Below are positions 9,997 through 20,312 of a stretch of 64,000 nucleotides of DNA, piece by piece. Source of the stretch: a virus. Position numbers and translations under genes: made by a program. The notes below the pieces were generated by a model. It saw nothing but the letters and a program-made list of their open reading frames with translations. It was not told the origin of the DNA and made no database searches. How positions within the stretch are numbered: position 1 is the stretch's first letter; the number at the start of each line of letters is the position of its first letter. The DNA lies in IMG/VR virus record IMGVR_UViG_3300047476_001831, positions 1-64,000 of that record; one strand, 5' to 3'.

Positions 9997-11022
9997 TTAT
10001 TTGTCAAATCGTTTAAGTGCGTTCTGAGTAATAAAGACATATTCAGTTTCTTTAAACTCCTCCAATGTTTTAGAATTAGTATAAGACATTGCTGACTTGA
10101 GATAATCTTGTAGATTTTCAACCCACTTATTCAAAGTATATTCAACTTTGTTATATTTTGAAATCCCTTCTGATGTTATTAATTTATCTTTCCCCCACTT
10201 TTTCTGAACTTCTTTTGTACTCATACCTCTAAACTTTTTATACATTATTTTTCTTAGAGGTGGATGATTATTCCATATATAATTTGAGAATGATTCACTG
10301 ATTGGAAATACTTTTCCTAAATAAATTGGTGAACAGGATTCCAAACATTTGTTGAGTACCCCACCTAACATAACATAATCGGCGCCAATGGCTAAGGCCT
10401 TAATAATATCATCATAATTTCTAAATCCACCATCAGCAACGATGTTAGTTTTGTAACCTCTTTTCTTTTTGATTTGATAACATTCTGAGATTAGTGATGC
10501 CATTGGATAATGAACACCAGTATTTGCTGAAGTTAAACAACCTGAACCACCACCAATTCCAACACGAACATAATCAACACCCAATTCGGCAAACTTTTCG
10601 TAAGTTGATGGGTTAGCAATGTTACCAATCATTAATTTATGTGTAGTTTTTATGTTCTCAACAAAATATTTACACAAATCATAGAGCTTTGACATATGTC
10701 CATTTGCAATATCAATTAAAATCTTCTGATACTTTGGTAGTTTTTCAAATTTTTGATGGTTTGAAACCATAATCTCAAAATCATATAAAGATATAGAAGT
10801 GAAAACATTGTTATCGTAAGTGTATTCACCTCTAGGTAAACATACTTCTAAATTAGTGTCTAGAAATCTTTCATAATTTTCGTAGTTAACCACAGTATCC
10901 ATAGGGCTTACTATGATTGGAAGTGTCATTTCTTCGGTAAAAATATTAATCTCACTTCTTGAACTGATTGTTGAGAGTGTTTCAGGTACTAATGTAATGT
11001 CTTTGAAATCAAATTTGTGCAT
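9997..11022 (-). CDS. GMP reductase / IMP dehydrogenase family
   Basis: SPMDTV, DIANGH, VGIGGGSGCLT (catalytic Cys), ADGG, GADYVMLG, FRGMS. Confidence 0.88.
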   Translation of the reverse strand: MHKFDFKDITLVPETLSTISSRSEINIFTEEMTLPIIVSPMDTVVNYENYERFLDTNLEVCLPRGEYTYDNNVFTSISLYDFEIMVSNHQKFEKLPKYQKILIDIANGHMSKLYDLCKYFVENIKTTHKLMIGNIANPSTYEKFAELGVDYVRVGIGGGSGCLTSANTGVHYPMASLISECYQIKKKRGYKTNIVADGGFRNYDDIIKALAIGADYVMLGGVLNKCLESCSPIYLGKVFPISESFSNYIWNNHPPLRKIMYKKFRGMSTKEVQKKWGKDKLITSEGISKYNKVEYTLNKWVENLQDYLKSAMSYTNSKTLEEFKETEYVFITQNALKRFDK

Positions 11023-11070
11023 AATTTATCCTTTTTTAGTAAGGATAAATGAAATGGATTAAAAGTTCAA

Positions 11071-11703
11071 TTATTTTTCTTTAAATCTTCTTATCAATCT
11101 GATAAGTAAATTTTTGAATAGAATACCAGAAATAGTTATACCAGCATAAGAAATTATTCTTGTAGCAAAATCTTTCATATCCACACCTTCAAGTGAACCA
11201 CTGTGAACCATATTTATAATTGGGGAAATTAGTGGGATTATGAAAGCGAAACTTAACATATTTGATACTCTGTAGAAACTAAAATTTAAACTTTCCAAAA
11301 AATCAAATAGTGCATTCCTTAGTTCATCACTTTTTTTAAGAACTTTTTCAAAAATATTTGATAATCCTTCTTCACGAATTTTATCATATATTTTTTTCAA
11401 ATGTTTTTGATTATCTATGAAGTATGTCGCTGTGATACCAATTAATATTAATGAAAACTGTTCCTCTGTAAGTTGAGGAAATTTACCTTCCAAAAATTGT
11501 GTAATTGGCCCCATAAAACCAGTTACACTGGCAGAGAATGACAAAAAAATTTTAGCATCTATACCGAATTGAGTTTGAAGCTCATCAACAGTTTCTTTTA
11601 CAAAATTTTTACCCCTTTTTAAAATATTACCTAGTTCCTCACTGGCACTTTCTAATAATATTCTTCTTTTTTGACTTTCTGTGATTACTATTTTCATAAA
11701 CAA
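11071..11703 (-). CDS. Hypothetical protein
   Basis: KIVITESQ N-terminal motif. Confidence 0.65.
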   Translation of the reverse strand: MFMKIVITESQKRRILLESASEELGNILKRGKNFVKETVDELQTQFGIDAKIFLSFSASVTGFMGPITQFLEGKFPQLTEEQFSLILIGITATYFIDNQKHLKKIYDKIREEGLSNIFEKVLKKSDELRNALFDFLESLNFSFYRVSNMLSFAFIIPLISPIINMVHSGSLEGVDMKDFATRIISYAGITISGILFKNLLIRLIRRFKEK

Positions 11704-11741
11704 TAAATATTCTATAAATATTTATTAATAAAATAAAAAAT

Positions 11742-12035
11742 ATGATTAATCCAAAATTAAAAATAGGTGAAAGAGTTGTGTGTATATCAATGGATGATCC
11801 AGAACCGATAAGTTTTGGTGAAATGGGTGAAGTTGTTGGAGTAACTCAAAACTTCGGATTTAATAGTTACAATGTTAAATGGGATAATGGTAGAAGATTA
11901 GATTTGTTGGAGGATGCGGACAAATGGATGAAAGTGGAAGACTTTGAAGAACTGAAAAGAAAGAAACGGAAATTAGAAGAAGGTTACACATTAAAGAAGA
12001 GTGACTTGTTAGTGAAGTTAAATAAAACACTATAA
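11742..12035 (+). CDS. SH3-like (DUF4314-like) protein
   Basis: GERVVCISMDDP..G..G.V..VKWDNGRRL. Confidence 0.55.
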   Translation: MINPKLKIGERVVCISMDDPEPISFGEMGEVVGVTQNFGFNSYNVKWDNGRRLDLLEDADKWMKVEDFEELKRKKRKLEEGYTLKKSDLLVKLNKTL

Positions 12036-12055
12036 TATTTATATTAAAAACAATT

Positions 12056-12562
12056 ATGAACGCATATTTTTTTAAAATGAATCAAGCTGAGAAAAACGAT
12101 ATTCTCGACCAACATAAAAAGGTTTATGATGGATTTGTAACAACATATGGACAACAAATTAATCAACAACCTTTGTACGTTCAAGACTTTGCAAATGATA
12201 AAGAAGGTGTAACTGTAAGTAATAAAGGTGTTGTAAAACCTTATACTAATATGAGGATAAATGAAATGAGACATGATGGTATGAGTACTGGTCTTTTTTC
12301 AGATGAAGAGGATAAATACGAATTTATAACACCAAAAAAAGAATTTACTGGTTTAGACCAAATTGGTGATGGAGAAAATGATTTAGAATACGGTACAATG
12401 GATGATGAAGATTTAGATGATGTTGAATATTACATTGAATTTGATACGGATGAAGTAAATGATGATGAAATATTTGACGAGATTGATGAAGAACTTATTG
12501 AACCATTACAAGAACAACTTAACAAATCATTAGATATGTTTAAAAGATTTTCAAAATATTAA
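12056..12562 (+). CDS. Acidic hypothetical protein
   Basis: ORF track. Confidence 0.65.
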   Translation: MNAYFFKMNQAEKNDILDQHKKVYDGFVTTYGQQINQQPLYVQDFANDKEGVTVSNKGVVKPYTNMRINEMRHDGMSTGLFSDEEDKYEFITPKKEFTGLDQIGDGENDLEYGTMDDEDLDDVEYYIEFDTDEVNDDEIFDEIDEELIEPLQEQLNKSLDMFKRFSKY

Positions 12563-12566
12563 TAAT

Positions 12567-12875
12567 ATGGAAATTGTAGAAGTTGTAACATATCATTTAA
12601 ATAATTTGGAGGAGGTCTTAGAGATTTCTTTCAGAACCAATTCAGATACTGAAGATGTGATAAGAGAGACAAGTATTCCATATTCAGACATTGAGGATTT
12701 TGGTTATGAATTTCATAATTTCTCAACAGATTCTGAAATGTTAAACGAGGAAGATGATTTTTTTGATGATTTTGAAGACGATGATTTATTTGTTGATGAA
12801 TCTGAAGTTTTATCATTCTTAAATGAATATTATACCCTCTTTATGGATAAATTACCAAAACCAGAACTTTTTTAA
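12567..12875 (+). CDS. Acidic hypothetical protein
   Basis: ORF track. Confidence 0.65.
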   Translation: MEIVEVVTYHLNNLEEVLEISFRTNSDTEDVIRETSIPYSDIEDFGYEFHNFSTDSEMLNEEDDFFDDFEDDDLFVDESEVLSFLNEYYTLFMDKLPKPELF

Positions 12876-13123
12876 TGGATAGATATGAAGTTGATGAACT
12901 AATTTCATTAATGAAAAAATATACAAAATTAAATCGTAATGAAGAATTGGGGGAACAAGATGCCGCAGCAGCTGGAACATCAGCTGGTGGAGGTGGTACA
13001 AAATATCCCACAGTGACAAAATGGGAATCAGGTGTTACAAGAGGACCAGCAAATCAAATCGGTTTAACAAAGTGGAGAGATATCGTTAAAATAAACAGAG
13101 GTAAAGCAAATACTTTATTATAA
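12875..13123 (+). CDS. Conserved phage hypothetical protein
   Basis: KWESGVTRGPANQ motif, partially repeated (RGKANTL). Confidence 0.65.
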   Translation: MDRYEVDELISLMKKYTKLNRNEELGEQDAAAAGTSAGGGGTKYPTVTKWESGVTRGPANQIGLTKWRDIVKINRGKANTLL

Positions 13124-13145
13124 TTCTTCATATTTATACTATAAA

Positions 13146-14729
13146 ATGACTAAATTGAAAAACACTAAGTTAATAGGGGTGTCAGATGATTTTAATTATA
13201 TCTTTACAAATGAGGGTGTAGTTAAAGTATCAAGTTTATCTAATGACTTGAAAGGACAAAATGTAATACCTTATACATTTGAAAATTTAGATGTTGCAAT
13301 AGACATTCTTAAAGAAAATTACCTTTATAATTACAAAACAAACAAATTATCTCTTCAGGAATATCTAGGTAAATCAAGAAAGTTTCTATATACAATAGTA
13401 GAAACTCTCAAACCGAATAATAGTTTTTCAATAATAACAGAATGGGAAAGTAGATTTGGTAACAAATTAGTTCTAATAAATGAATCCGTTGATAAATTAG
13501 TTATTGAAGAAAGAGTTAATCAATCATTTGATTTTTTCAAAAAAGTTCTTTTAGAATTTGACCCAATAGGGATGGTTAAATCAGGGGCTCAAAATGCTTT
13601 ATCGTTTGCAGGTAAGACCCTCAAATCCGTTGGTGATTGGACTGTTGACCAAGCAAAACAAATCAAAGAAAAAGGTTTAGCAACTTACGCTAAGGAGGCT
13701 GGTATTTCTATTTGGAATGTTGTCAGTAATCAAATTGCATCCGCATGGAAATGTGTCAAAAGTGGTGTTGAGTGTACTATGGAAGGTATAAGAAAACTTT
13801 TATTTTCTGTAGGAGCTACTGTTGCACTTTCAGCGGTATCAACAATTCCTGTTGTAGGACAAGTAACCAATGGTGTTTTATATGGTACAATGTTAATATG
13901 GGATTTATATAAAATGATGAGTGGTAAATATGAATCAGGTCCATATCAATGGAGTATTTTTGATATAATTTTTGATATAATAGGTGCAATATTTCCTTAT
14001 GCAGCAAGAATTGGTAAAACAGCTTTTGCTGGAATAAAATCCTTTGCACAGTTTGGAAAAATGGCTGCAGCTAAAGGTGGGATTTGGGGTAGTCTATATA
14101 AAGCAATAATTAATGGAGTTGGAAAACTTCAAAATTTAATTGGTCAAGGAGCTAAGTTTTTAGGTGAAAAATTGGGTATTAAATCATTAGCACAATGGGG
14201 TTCAAAAGCATCTCAGAAAGTAAAAGAATTGGCAGATGAAATGGCAGCGGGGGCTAAAGGGAGTCAAGTAGCAACTCAAAGTGGTCAAGCGGCTAAATCT
14301 TTAACTAAAAGTTTGACTCAAACTGAGAAGCTTGAATTTGATAAATTAGTGAGTAATTGGAAAACACAACAAGCTAATTTGGGTAAATCAGCTGACTTAA
14401 GAACTATGACTAAAGAGACGAAAAATCAATTAGTTCAACAAGCTAAACAAAATGCTAATCCTTCATTGAAACAACAAGTTAAACAAATATGGACTAAAGG
14501 ACCTAAAACCCCAATGCCAACAAATGGTCAATTAATAAAAACAGCTCGTGGTTCATTTGTCTTTAGTTTAGGAGCATGCGCTGTTTTGGGAGTTCCTAAT
14601 GCTGAGGAATGTTTGGGTAGAATTAAAAATGACTTAATCAGTCAGGAAGAATATGCTGATGCTGAAATAGATTATCAAAATCAATTAGCTCAAGGTATTG
14701 AAGACATTGAAATACAAGGTGAATTATAA
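13146..14729 (+). CDS. Putative virion/internal protein
   Basis: 527 aa, Gly/Ala-rich amphipathic and hydrophobic segments. Confidence 0.6.
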   Translation: MTKLKNTKLIGVSDDFNYIFTNEGVVKVSSLSNDLKGQNVIPYTFENLDVAIDILKENYLYNYKTNKLSLQEYLGKSRKFLYTIVETLKPNNSFSIITEWESRFGNKLVLINESVDKLVIEERVNQSFDFFKKVLLEFDPIGMVKSGAQNALSFAGKTLKSVGDWTVDQAKQIKEKGLATYAKEAGISIWNVVSNQIASAWKCVKSGVECTMEGIRKLLFSVGATVALSAVSTIPVVGQVTNGVLYGTMLIWDLYKMMSGKYESGPYQWSIFDIIFDIIGAIFPYAARIGKTAFAGIKSFAQFGKMAAAKGGIWGSLYKAIINGVGKLQNLIGQGAKFLGEKLGIKSLAQWGSKASQKVKELADEMAAGAKGSQVATQSGQAAKSLTKSLTQTEKLEFDKLVSNWKTQQANLGKSADLRTMTKETKNQLVQQAKQNANPSLKQQVKQIWTKGPKTPMPTNGQLIKTARGSFVFSLGACAVLGVPNAEECLGRIKNDLISQEEYADAEIDYQNQLAQGIEDIEIQGEL

Positions 14730-14749
14730 AAATATATAAAAAATAAATT

Positions 14750-16132
14750 ATGAAAACTAATATAATAAACGAAGAAATAAAAAGAGCCAAATTATTGATG
14801 GGTTATAAACCCGATTTGACTCTAACTGAAAACGAATCAAAGATAGAAGTAAATGAAAAACTCGAACTAGATGAACAATCGGGTAAAGAGTTTGTAAAGT
14901 TATTTTTTGGTAAAGTTGATGATGTTGCAGCATCAAATGCAGGAAAGTTCACAAGTTACCTTCAGAAGGCAAAAGCAGCTGAATATACTGCAGCTAAAAA
15001 TTTATTAAGTAATGTTAGTAGTAAGGTGGGTGGTGTACTTTTGAAAAATGGTTCAACAATAAGTAAGGCTGATGATATTATTAATGCTATGAGAGCTGGT
15101 ACAATAAGTCCAAAGGGTATGAGTGATTTAGCAAAAGGTTTGATGAAGTCTGGGGGTTTGAAAGGTGATTTAAGAACTAAATTGATACAAAAAGCGGCAG
15201 ATTTAAGTATCAAAAATAATCAATTTGCCAATATGAGTGAAAAACAAATAGCAAAAGCTTTGAAGGCTAAGGGATATGCTAGTGATGTTGCCGATGATAT
15301 AGCAAATAGAATTTCTAAAGGAGGTTCAAAAAACCCTATCCCAATCAACCCAGATCCAGTTCCACTACCTCAACCTGAACCTTGGTGGAAAGAAAGATGG
15401 AGAAATTTCAAATATAAAGATGCTTTGAAAATCGCTGGTGGTATTGGAGCCGGTGCTTTATTATACTGGTGGATGTCGGGTGGAGATGACCAATCTGGAT
15501 TTCCTCCATGTTTAACAAAAGTAACAAAGGGTAAAGGTTTCACTGAAACTGACTTGAAGAAATTAGAACAGGTTGGTGGGGCATATTTACCAATGTCTAT
15601 GCCAAATATGGTAACTTCAGAGAAAGAACCTGCAAATGTTGCTGATGCAAAGTTCTTCAAAGATGGTACTTTTGAAGCTGATGGAACTAAAGGACAATGG
15701 CAACAAAAGGGAGGTAATATAGAGATTTCACATAATGGTGCGGTTTATTTCATTGTTTGTGGTGATTTAGTAATAAATAATACACCACCAACACCAGCAC
15801 CAAATCCTCAACCTGGTAGTGGTTGTTCACCAGCTTCAGATTTTCCATTTAGTTTTTATCAAATGAATTCTATGATTGGTAAAGTACAAAGTTGTGTAGG
15901 AACAAGACAAGATAATTGTATGGGTCCACAGACTGCTGCGAAAATTATGGCTTTCTTAGGGTTATCTGAAGCACCAAATCAATTAACTAAAGATATTTAT
16001 GATAAAGTTATGGCTAAGTGTGGAGGTAGTTCTACAACAACTAAAACTGAACCTATGAAAGAACCACAACAAATTAGTGGTGGTGTTACAACAAGTAACA
16101 AACCTGAAAGTAGTGATGACTTCGAATTCTAA
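14750..16132 (+). CDS. Putative virion/internal protein
   Basis: INEEIKRAKLLMGY N-terminus, Pro-rich linkers. Confidence 0.6.
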   Translation: MKTNIINEEIKRAKLLMGYKPDLTLTENESKIEVNEKLELDEQSGKEFVKLFFGKVDDVAASNAGKFTSYLQKAKAAEYTAAKNLLSNVSSKVGGVLLKNGSTISKADDIINAMRAGTISPKGMSDLAKGLMKSGGLKGDLRTKLIQKAADLSIKNNQFANMSEKQIAKALKAKGYASDVADDIANRISKGGSKNPIPINPDPVPLPQPEPWWKERWRNFKYKDALKIAGGIGAGALLYWWMSGGDDQSGFPPCLTKVTKGKGFTETDLKKLEQVGGAYLPMSMPNMVTSEKEPANVADAKFFKDGTFEADGTKGQWQQKGGNIEISHNGAVYFIVCGDLVINNTPPTPAPNPQPGSGCSPASDFPFSFYQMNSMIGKVQSCVGTRQDNCMGPQTAAKIMAFLGLSEAPNQLTKDIYDKVMAKCGGSSTTTKTEPMKEPQQISGGVTTSNKPESSDDFEF

Positions 16133-16144
16133 AACAAAAAAACT

Positions 16145-17977
16145 ATGAAATTTAGAAATATGATTAACGAACAAGAATCTTTACCAGGTCCTAACAAACT
16201 TGGAAGTGAAAATGTTAAAAACAAACTTTTGAAGTTAGCAATTGATAATAATTGTTATACTAATAAAGGATTTCCTGCTGCAGCCTTTATTGATTCTAAA
16301 ACTAATAAAGAGGTATTATATAAAAAGTCTGACAACCCCAAACTAGTTGAGGAAAAAAGAAATTACATATTTATTGTTCCTCAAGAGGATGGTGTTACAT
16401 TTACTGTAGAATATAGGGATAGACCTGATGACCAAGGTAAGGTAATTAAATCCAAATCTGGTATTAGATGTCAGGCAATCAAACAAACAACAGATCCAGC
16501 ATTAACACCTGACCAAGAACAAATTATTTCATTTTTGAAGGGTCAAGGATTTAAGGCTTATAGTGAAGTACCAGCAACTGAATGGAATAACTATTCTTTG
16601 GTTGACATATATAAAGATCCATCTGTTGTTGAAATTATGAAAGATAAACCTTATTTACAACAACAAATTGAATCCAATAAGGATAGAGTTTTTTGGATGT
16701 GGAAAGGAAAAGGTTTAGGTGCAAAAAAAGAAGATAAAACGACTAAAGGGACTGTCTTTGTTGATTTTTTGATTAAAAAAGGTTGGAAAAAACCTAGTGA
16801 AATAACACCTGACATAAGTACTAGTTATTTGGTGGTAGATTTGGGTGATTCCGAGACTTACAAAACTAACTCATTACTATCTCAATATAAAGACCAACTT
16901 AGTAATTTCCAAAAAGGTTATATTTTGTACGAACCTGTTGTAAACAAATCACCACAAGAAATAAGTAATCAATATCAACAAGAACTACAAAAGGCTAAAC
17001 AAGACTTTGATAAGAAAACTTGTAGAAATGTAATTGTTGGTTATTATAATGAATTCAAATCATCATCAGTCGAACAAGTTCCTGCACCAGGAACTAAAAA
17101 AATTGTTGAAAAATGTTTATATTATAATAAAGGGAAATATCCTGGTCTTAGGGATGTTATTGATACTTTGATTAGAGGTGATTATACAAAACCTAATTAC
17201 AAATTGAGTACTGATATTGATTTTTACTCAAAAAGTGTAAAAGAAAGTGAAGAAAAATTACTTAAACAAACAATAACTGAAAGTCTTAATAAACTAAAAA
17301 CAAAAAAAAAAGGTATTTTAACTGAATCTAAAACAGTTAAAAAAAGATTAGAATTTTTGGTTGAAAATAGAGATTTAAACAAACAAAGAGATTTAAATTT
17401 ATTTTTCAAAGACTTTTTAATTGAGAGTGCTTATTTAAATTCTGAGGGTTATAATTCTGAAGTTATTTCTGAACAATTCTTGGATTTATTAAAAGGATTT
17501 TTTACTGGTACTGGTGTTGAATCAGTTTTATCATCCTTCAAGGAATATGCAACAAAATGGTTGGTGGGTAAATTAAAAATAGACACATCAGGTTGGTTAG
17601 GTTCTATAATAATAACAGCAATGGGTAATCTTAAATTTGGTGATTTAGGAAAAATAACAAATTGTGACTTTTTAGTACCTTATTTGGCCAAAACTATTGG
17701 AGAAAGTGCTGTAAGAAAATTTATGGCAGAAAAAGGAATGGATAATCCTTTATCAACTGTCATCAGAAATGCTGTAGTTGAAGTTTTAGAAGATTCCGCA
17801 TTTGGTCAAGCTATTGAAAATGGTTTAATGAAAGTTATTTGTCCTTCATTAGGTCAATTAAAAAGTAAAATGGATGTAGCAACTAATAAAATTAAAGATA
17901 AAGCTTTAGATGATAGTGGTACAAAATCAACACCAGCATCATTAGCGCCAAATTTGGGTGTAGCATCAATGTTATAA
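16145..17977 (+). CDS. Putative virion/internal protein
   Basis: 610 aa ORF co-oriented with its neighbours, several I/L-x-E motifs. Confidence 0.6.
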   Translation: MKFRNMINEQESLPGPNKLGSENVKNKLLKLAIDNNCYTNKGFPAAAFIDSKTNKEVLYKKSDNPKLVEEKRNYIFIVPQEDGVTFTVEYRDRPDDQGKVIKSKSGIRCQAIKQTTDPALTPDQEQIISFLKGQGFKAYSEVPATEWNNYSLVDIYKDPSVVEIMKDKPYLQQQIESNKDRVFWMWKGKGLGAKKEDKTTKGTVFVDFLIKKGWKKPSEITPDISTSYLVVDLGDSETYKTNSLLSQYKDQLSNFQKGYILYEPVVNKSPQEISNQYQQELQKAKQDFDKKTCRNVIVGYYNEFKSSSVEQVPAPGTKKIVEKCLYYNKGKYPGLRDVIDTLIRGDYTKPNYKLSTDIDFYSKSVKESEEKLLKQTITESLNKLKTKKKGILTESKTVKKRLEFLVENRDLNKQRDLNLFFKDFLIESAYLNSEGYNSEVISEQFLDLLKGFFTGTGVESVLSSFKEYATKWLVGKLKIDTSGWLGSIIITAMGNLKFGDLGKITNCDFLVPYLAKTIGESAVRKFMAEKGMDNPLSTVIRNAVVEVLEDSAFGQAIENGLMKVICPSLGQLKSKMDVATNKIKDKALDDSGTKSTPASLAPNLGVASML

Positions 17978-18049
17978 CCAAAGACACCTGCAAGGTAGGA
18001 CTTGCATGGGATAAACTCAACTAAAGAAAGGGAGGTATCCAACATCTAC

Positions 18050-18076
18050 CAAAAGGACGTGTAAACGTCCTTTTGT
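18050..18076. terminator. Bidirectional terminator
   Basis: CAAAAGGACGT-gtaa-ACGTCCTTTTG. Confidence 0.75.
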
Positions 18077-18079
18077 GTT

Positions 18080-18571
18080 TTAGTAAAATGACTTTTTAAA
18101 TTCCTCCCAAATTTCACCAACTGAAGAATTAATTATTTCTGAAAATATAGTTGGTTCGTAAGGTTTAATGTTTAATTTTAGATTTGCTTCTTCTGGTGTT
18201 CTATCACCCTTCAATCTATTACAAGATGAACAACAAGTTACTAAATTAGTCCAAGTATTTTGACCCCCTCTAGATTTGGGTAAAATATGGTCAATAGTTA
18301 GATTTCTTTTACTACCACAATAAGTACACTCATGATTATCCCTTTTATATAATCTGTGTCTATTAATTTTTAACTTATGAACTCTATACTTCACAAAATT
18401 TAACAGTCTTATAATCAAGGGACGAATAAAATTACTCCTACCTGATGATATTGGTTTATCACTAGCTTTAATAACTTCAGCTTTCCCTTTATTTACTAAA
18501 GTGAAACCTTTATAAACACTTGTTATGTTTATTGGTGTGAAATCCGCGTTAAGAACTAATACCTTTTCCAT
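18080..18571 (-). CDS. HNH endonuclease (McrA/HNH_5-like)
   Basis: RDNHECTYCG..LTIDHILPKSRGG..W.NLVTCCSSCN..KG. Confidence 0.92.
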   Translation of the reverse strand: MEKVLVLNADFTPINITSVYKGFTLVNKGKAEVIKASDKPISSGRSNFIRPLIIRLLNFVKYRVHKLKINRHRLYKRDNHECTYCGSKRNLTIDHILPKSRGGQNTWTNLVTCCSSCNRLKGDRTPEEANLKLNIKPYEPTIFSEIINSSVGEIWEEFKKSFY

Positions 18572-18735
18572 AGATTTGATTAAAAATACTTATATAAATA
18601 TTAAACAATAAAACTGACAAAAAAAACTTTAGTGACCATTATTCAAGATTTTTTTAATTTGTCAATAAAAAATGAATGAATATTTTTTTTATTTCAGATT
18701 TTTCAATATCTTTGTTCTAACAAAAAAATACAACT

Positions 18736-19407
18736 ATGCTTGACTTCATAAAAATTACAATCGCGGCTTTCATCTTTTTCTCTGTTTTGGGTTATATGAA
18801 CGAAAACAATTTAACATTAGTTGAAATGTTTACAACTTTTCCTAATAGTGAAAAAATAGATTCAGTTAGTCTTAAAATTGATACGTATGAACAAATTGTT
18901 AGTGAATACCCAACTAATGAATCAACAATTTCTGAACCTACAGTTAACAATGAAACTGTAATTGTTAAAGCTTTGGGTAATGTTGATAATAGTGATTTGA
19001 CAGATGCCGTTAACATCATTAAAAATTTTTATGGTTATAATTGTGTTATTGGTAATGCCGAACCTATTACTGATGAACTTTATATACCTGGTACTACTGA
19101 AATCCTTAATGCTCAAACCTGTCTTGATAAGTTCAATACAAATAACAAAGTTGTATATATTGTTGACAAAAGACTTTGGGCTAGAGGTGAACATTTAAGA
19201 GGATACGCATCAGTCGGTGGTGGATTTGTAATTGTTCGTGGTGAAAAAAGTTTTTTACAAGAAACAATAATTCACGAAATTGGTCATACTCTTGGTTTAG
19301 GTCATTGTGATGATATGAGTTGTATTATGGCAGTTAATAATGACTTAGAGGATAGTGGTACTTTTTGTAACAAATGTAGAAATCAAATCAGTCATACTTT
19401 CCAATAA
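18736..19407 (+). CDS. Zinc metalloprotease (archaemetzincin/M54-like)
   Basis: HEIGHTLGLGHC..SCIM..FCNKC. Confidence 0.8.
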   Translation: MLDFIKITIAAFIFFSVLGYMNENNLTLVEMFTTFPNSEKIDSVSLKIDTYEQIVSEYPTNESTISEPTVNNETVIVKALGNVDNSDLTDAVNIIKNFYGYNCVIGNAEPITDELYIPGTTEILNAQTCLDKFNTNNKVVYIVDKRLWARGEHLRGYASVGGGFVIVRGEKSFLQETIIHEIGHTLGLGHCDDMSCIMAVNNDLEDSGTFCNKCRNQISHTFQ

Positions 19408-19415
19408 TTTAAACT

Positions 19416-19796
19416 ATGAAATCATCAACAGAAAAATTATTGAAATTTTACCAAGAAAATGGAATACTAGAGCTTAGTGAAGTAACAGGTCAATCCTTGG
19501 AAAAGTTAAATCAATTACTTAACCTTAATCTCAAAACATTTGAGGATATCAATTTTGAAAAACACGAGGAATTGGGTGGTGTAGTGGGTAGAATTACATT
19601 TGAAAATGGATATGGTGCATCAGTTGTTAGTCATATAATGTCATATGGTGGTAAACTAGGACTTTATGAGTTAGCCGTACTTGACAAAGAGGGTGAATTA
19701 ACTTATGATACACCTATAACAAATGATGTCGTAGGTCATTTAACTCCTAAAGAAGTAACAAATTATTTAATAAAAATCCAAGATTTAAAAAATTAA
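19416..19796 (+). CDS. Conserved phage hypothetical protein
   Basis: FENGYGASVV..SYGG..GLYELAVL motif. Confidence 0.7.
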   Translation: MKSSTEKLLKFYQENGILELSEVTGQSLEKLNQLLNLNLKTFEDINFEKHEELGGVVGRITFENGYGASVVSHIMSYGGKLGLYELAVLDKEGELTYDTPITNDVVGHLTPKEVTNYLIKIQDLKN

Positions 19797-19800
19797 AATT

Positions 19801-20073
19801 ATGCCAACAATTTATCAAGATGTTGAAGCTGAAGTCGATATTGATGTTGAAGATTTTATTGACGAATGCTCTGATAGAGAAATAGAAAAACTAATCAAAT
19901 ATTTGATTGCTGAAGGTAAATTACCCAAAACTTTAACGAAATATGGTCAGAGTCAAAATCTTTCAGTAAATGATGTTCTTTGGTATGAAACAATATCAAA
20001 AATACAGAGTAATAGATTAGCTATGACTGATGAGGAAATTGAAATAATTGAAAAAATTGCAAAAAGATTTTAA
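19801..20073 (+). CDS. Hypothetical protein
   Basis: ORF track. Confidence 0.6.
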   Translation: MPTIYQDVEAEVDIDVEDFIDECSDREIEKLIKYLIAEGKLPKTLTKYGQSQNLSVNDVLWYETISKIQSNRLAMTDEEIEIIEKIAKRF

Positions 20074-20075
20074 TC

Positions 20076-20252
20076 ATGTATATTATCATTAAAAAAATTG
20101 AACAACCCAACGGTGTGGTTCTTCCTGTAGTTATTTTGGATGCAAATAGTGAGGTGTGGGAATTCCCCACTTCTGAAGATGCTGAACACATCAGAGATAT
20201 ATTCGAGACGAACTCTGACTCAGGTCACAAATATGAAATAAAAAAGATTTAG
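20076..20252 (+). CDS. Small hypothetical protein
   Basis: 58 aa ORF MYIIIKKIEQPNGVVLPVV.., read manually. Confidence 0.5.
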   Translation: MYIIIKKIEQPNGVVLPVVILDANSEVWEFPTSEDAEHIRDIFETNSDSGHKYEIKKI

Positions 20253-20312
20253 AATTACTTGACAAGTTAGAATTAATCACTTAGGTTTTACAACACAATT
20301 AAAAGAAACGAT

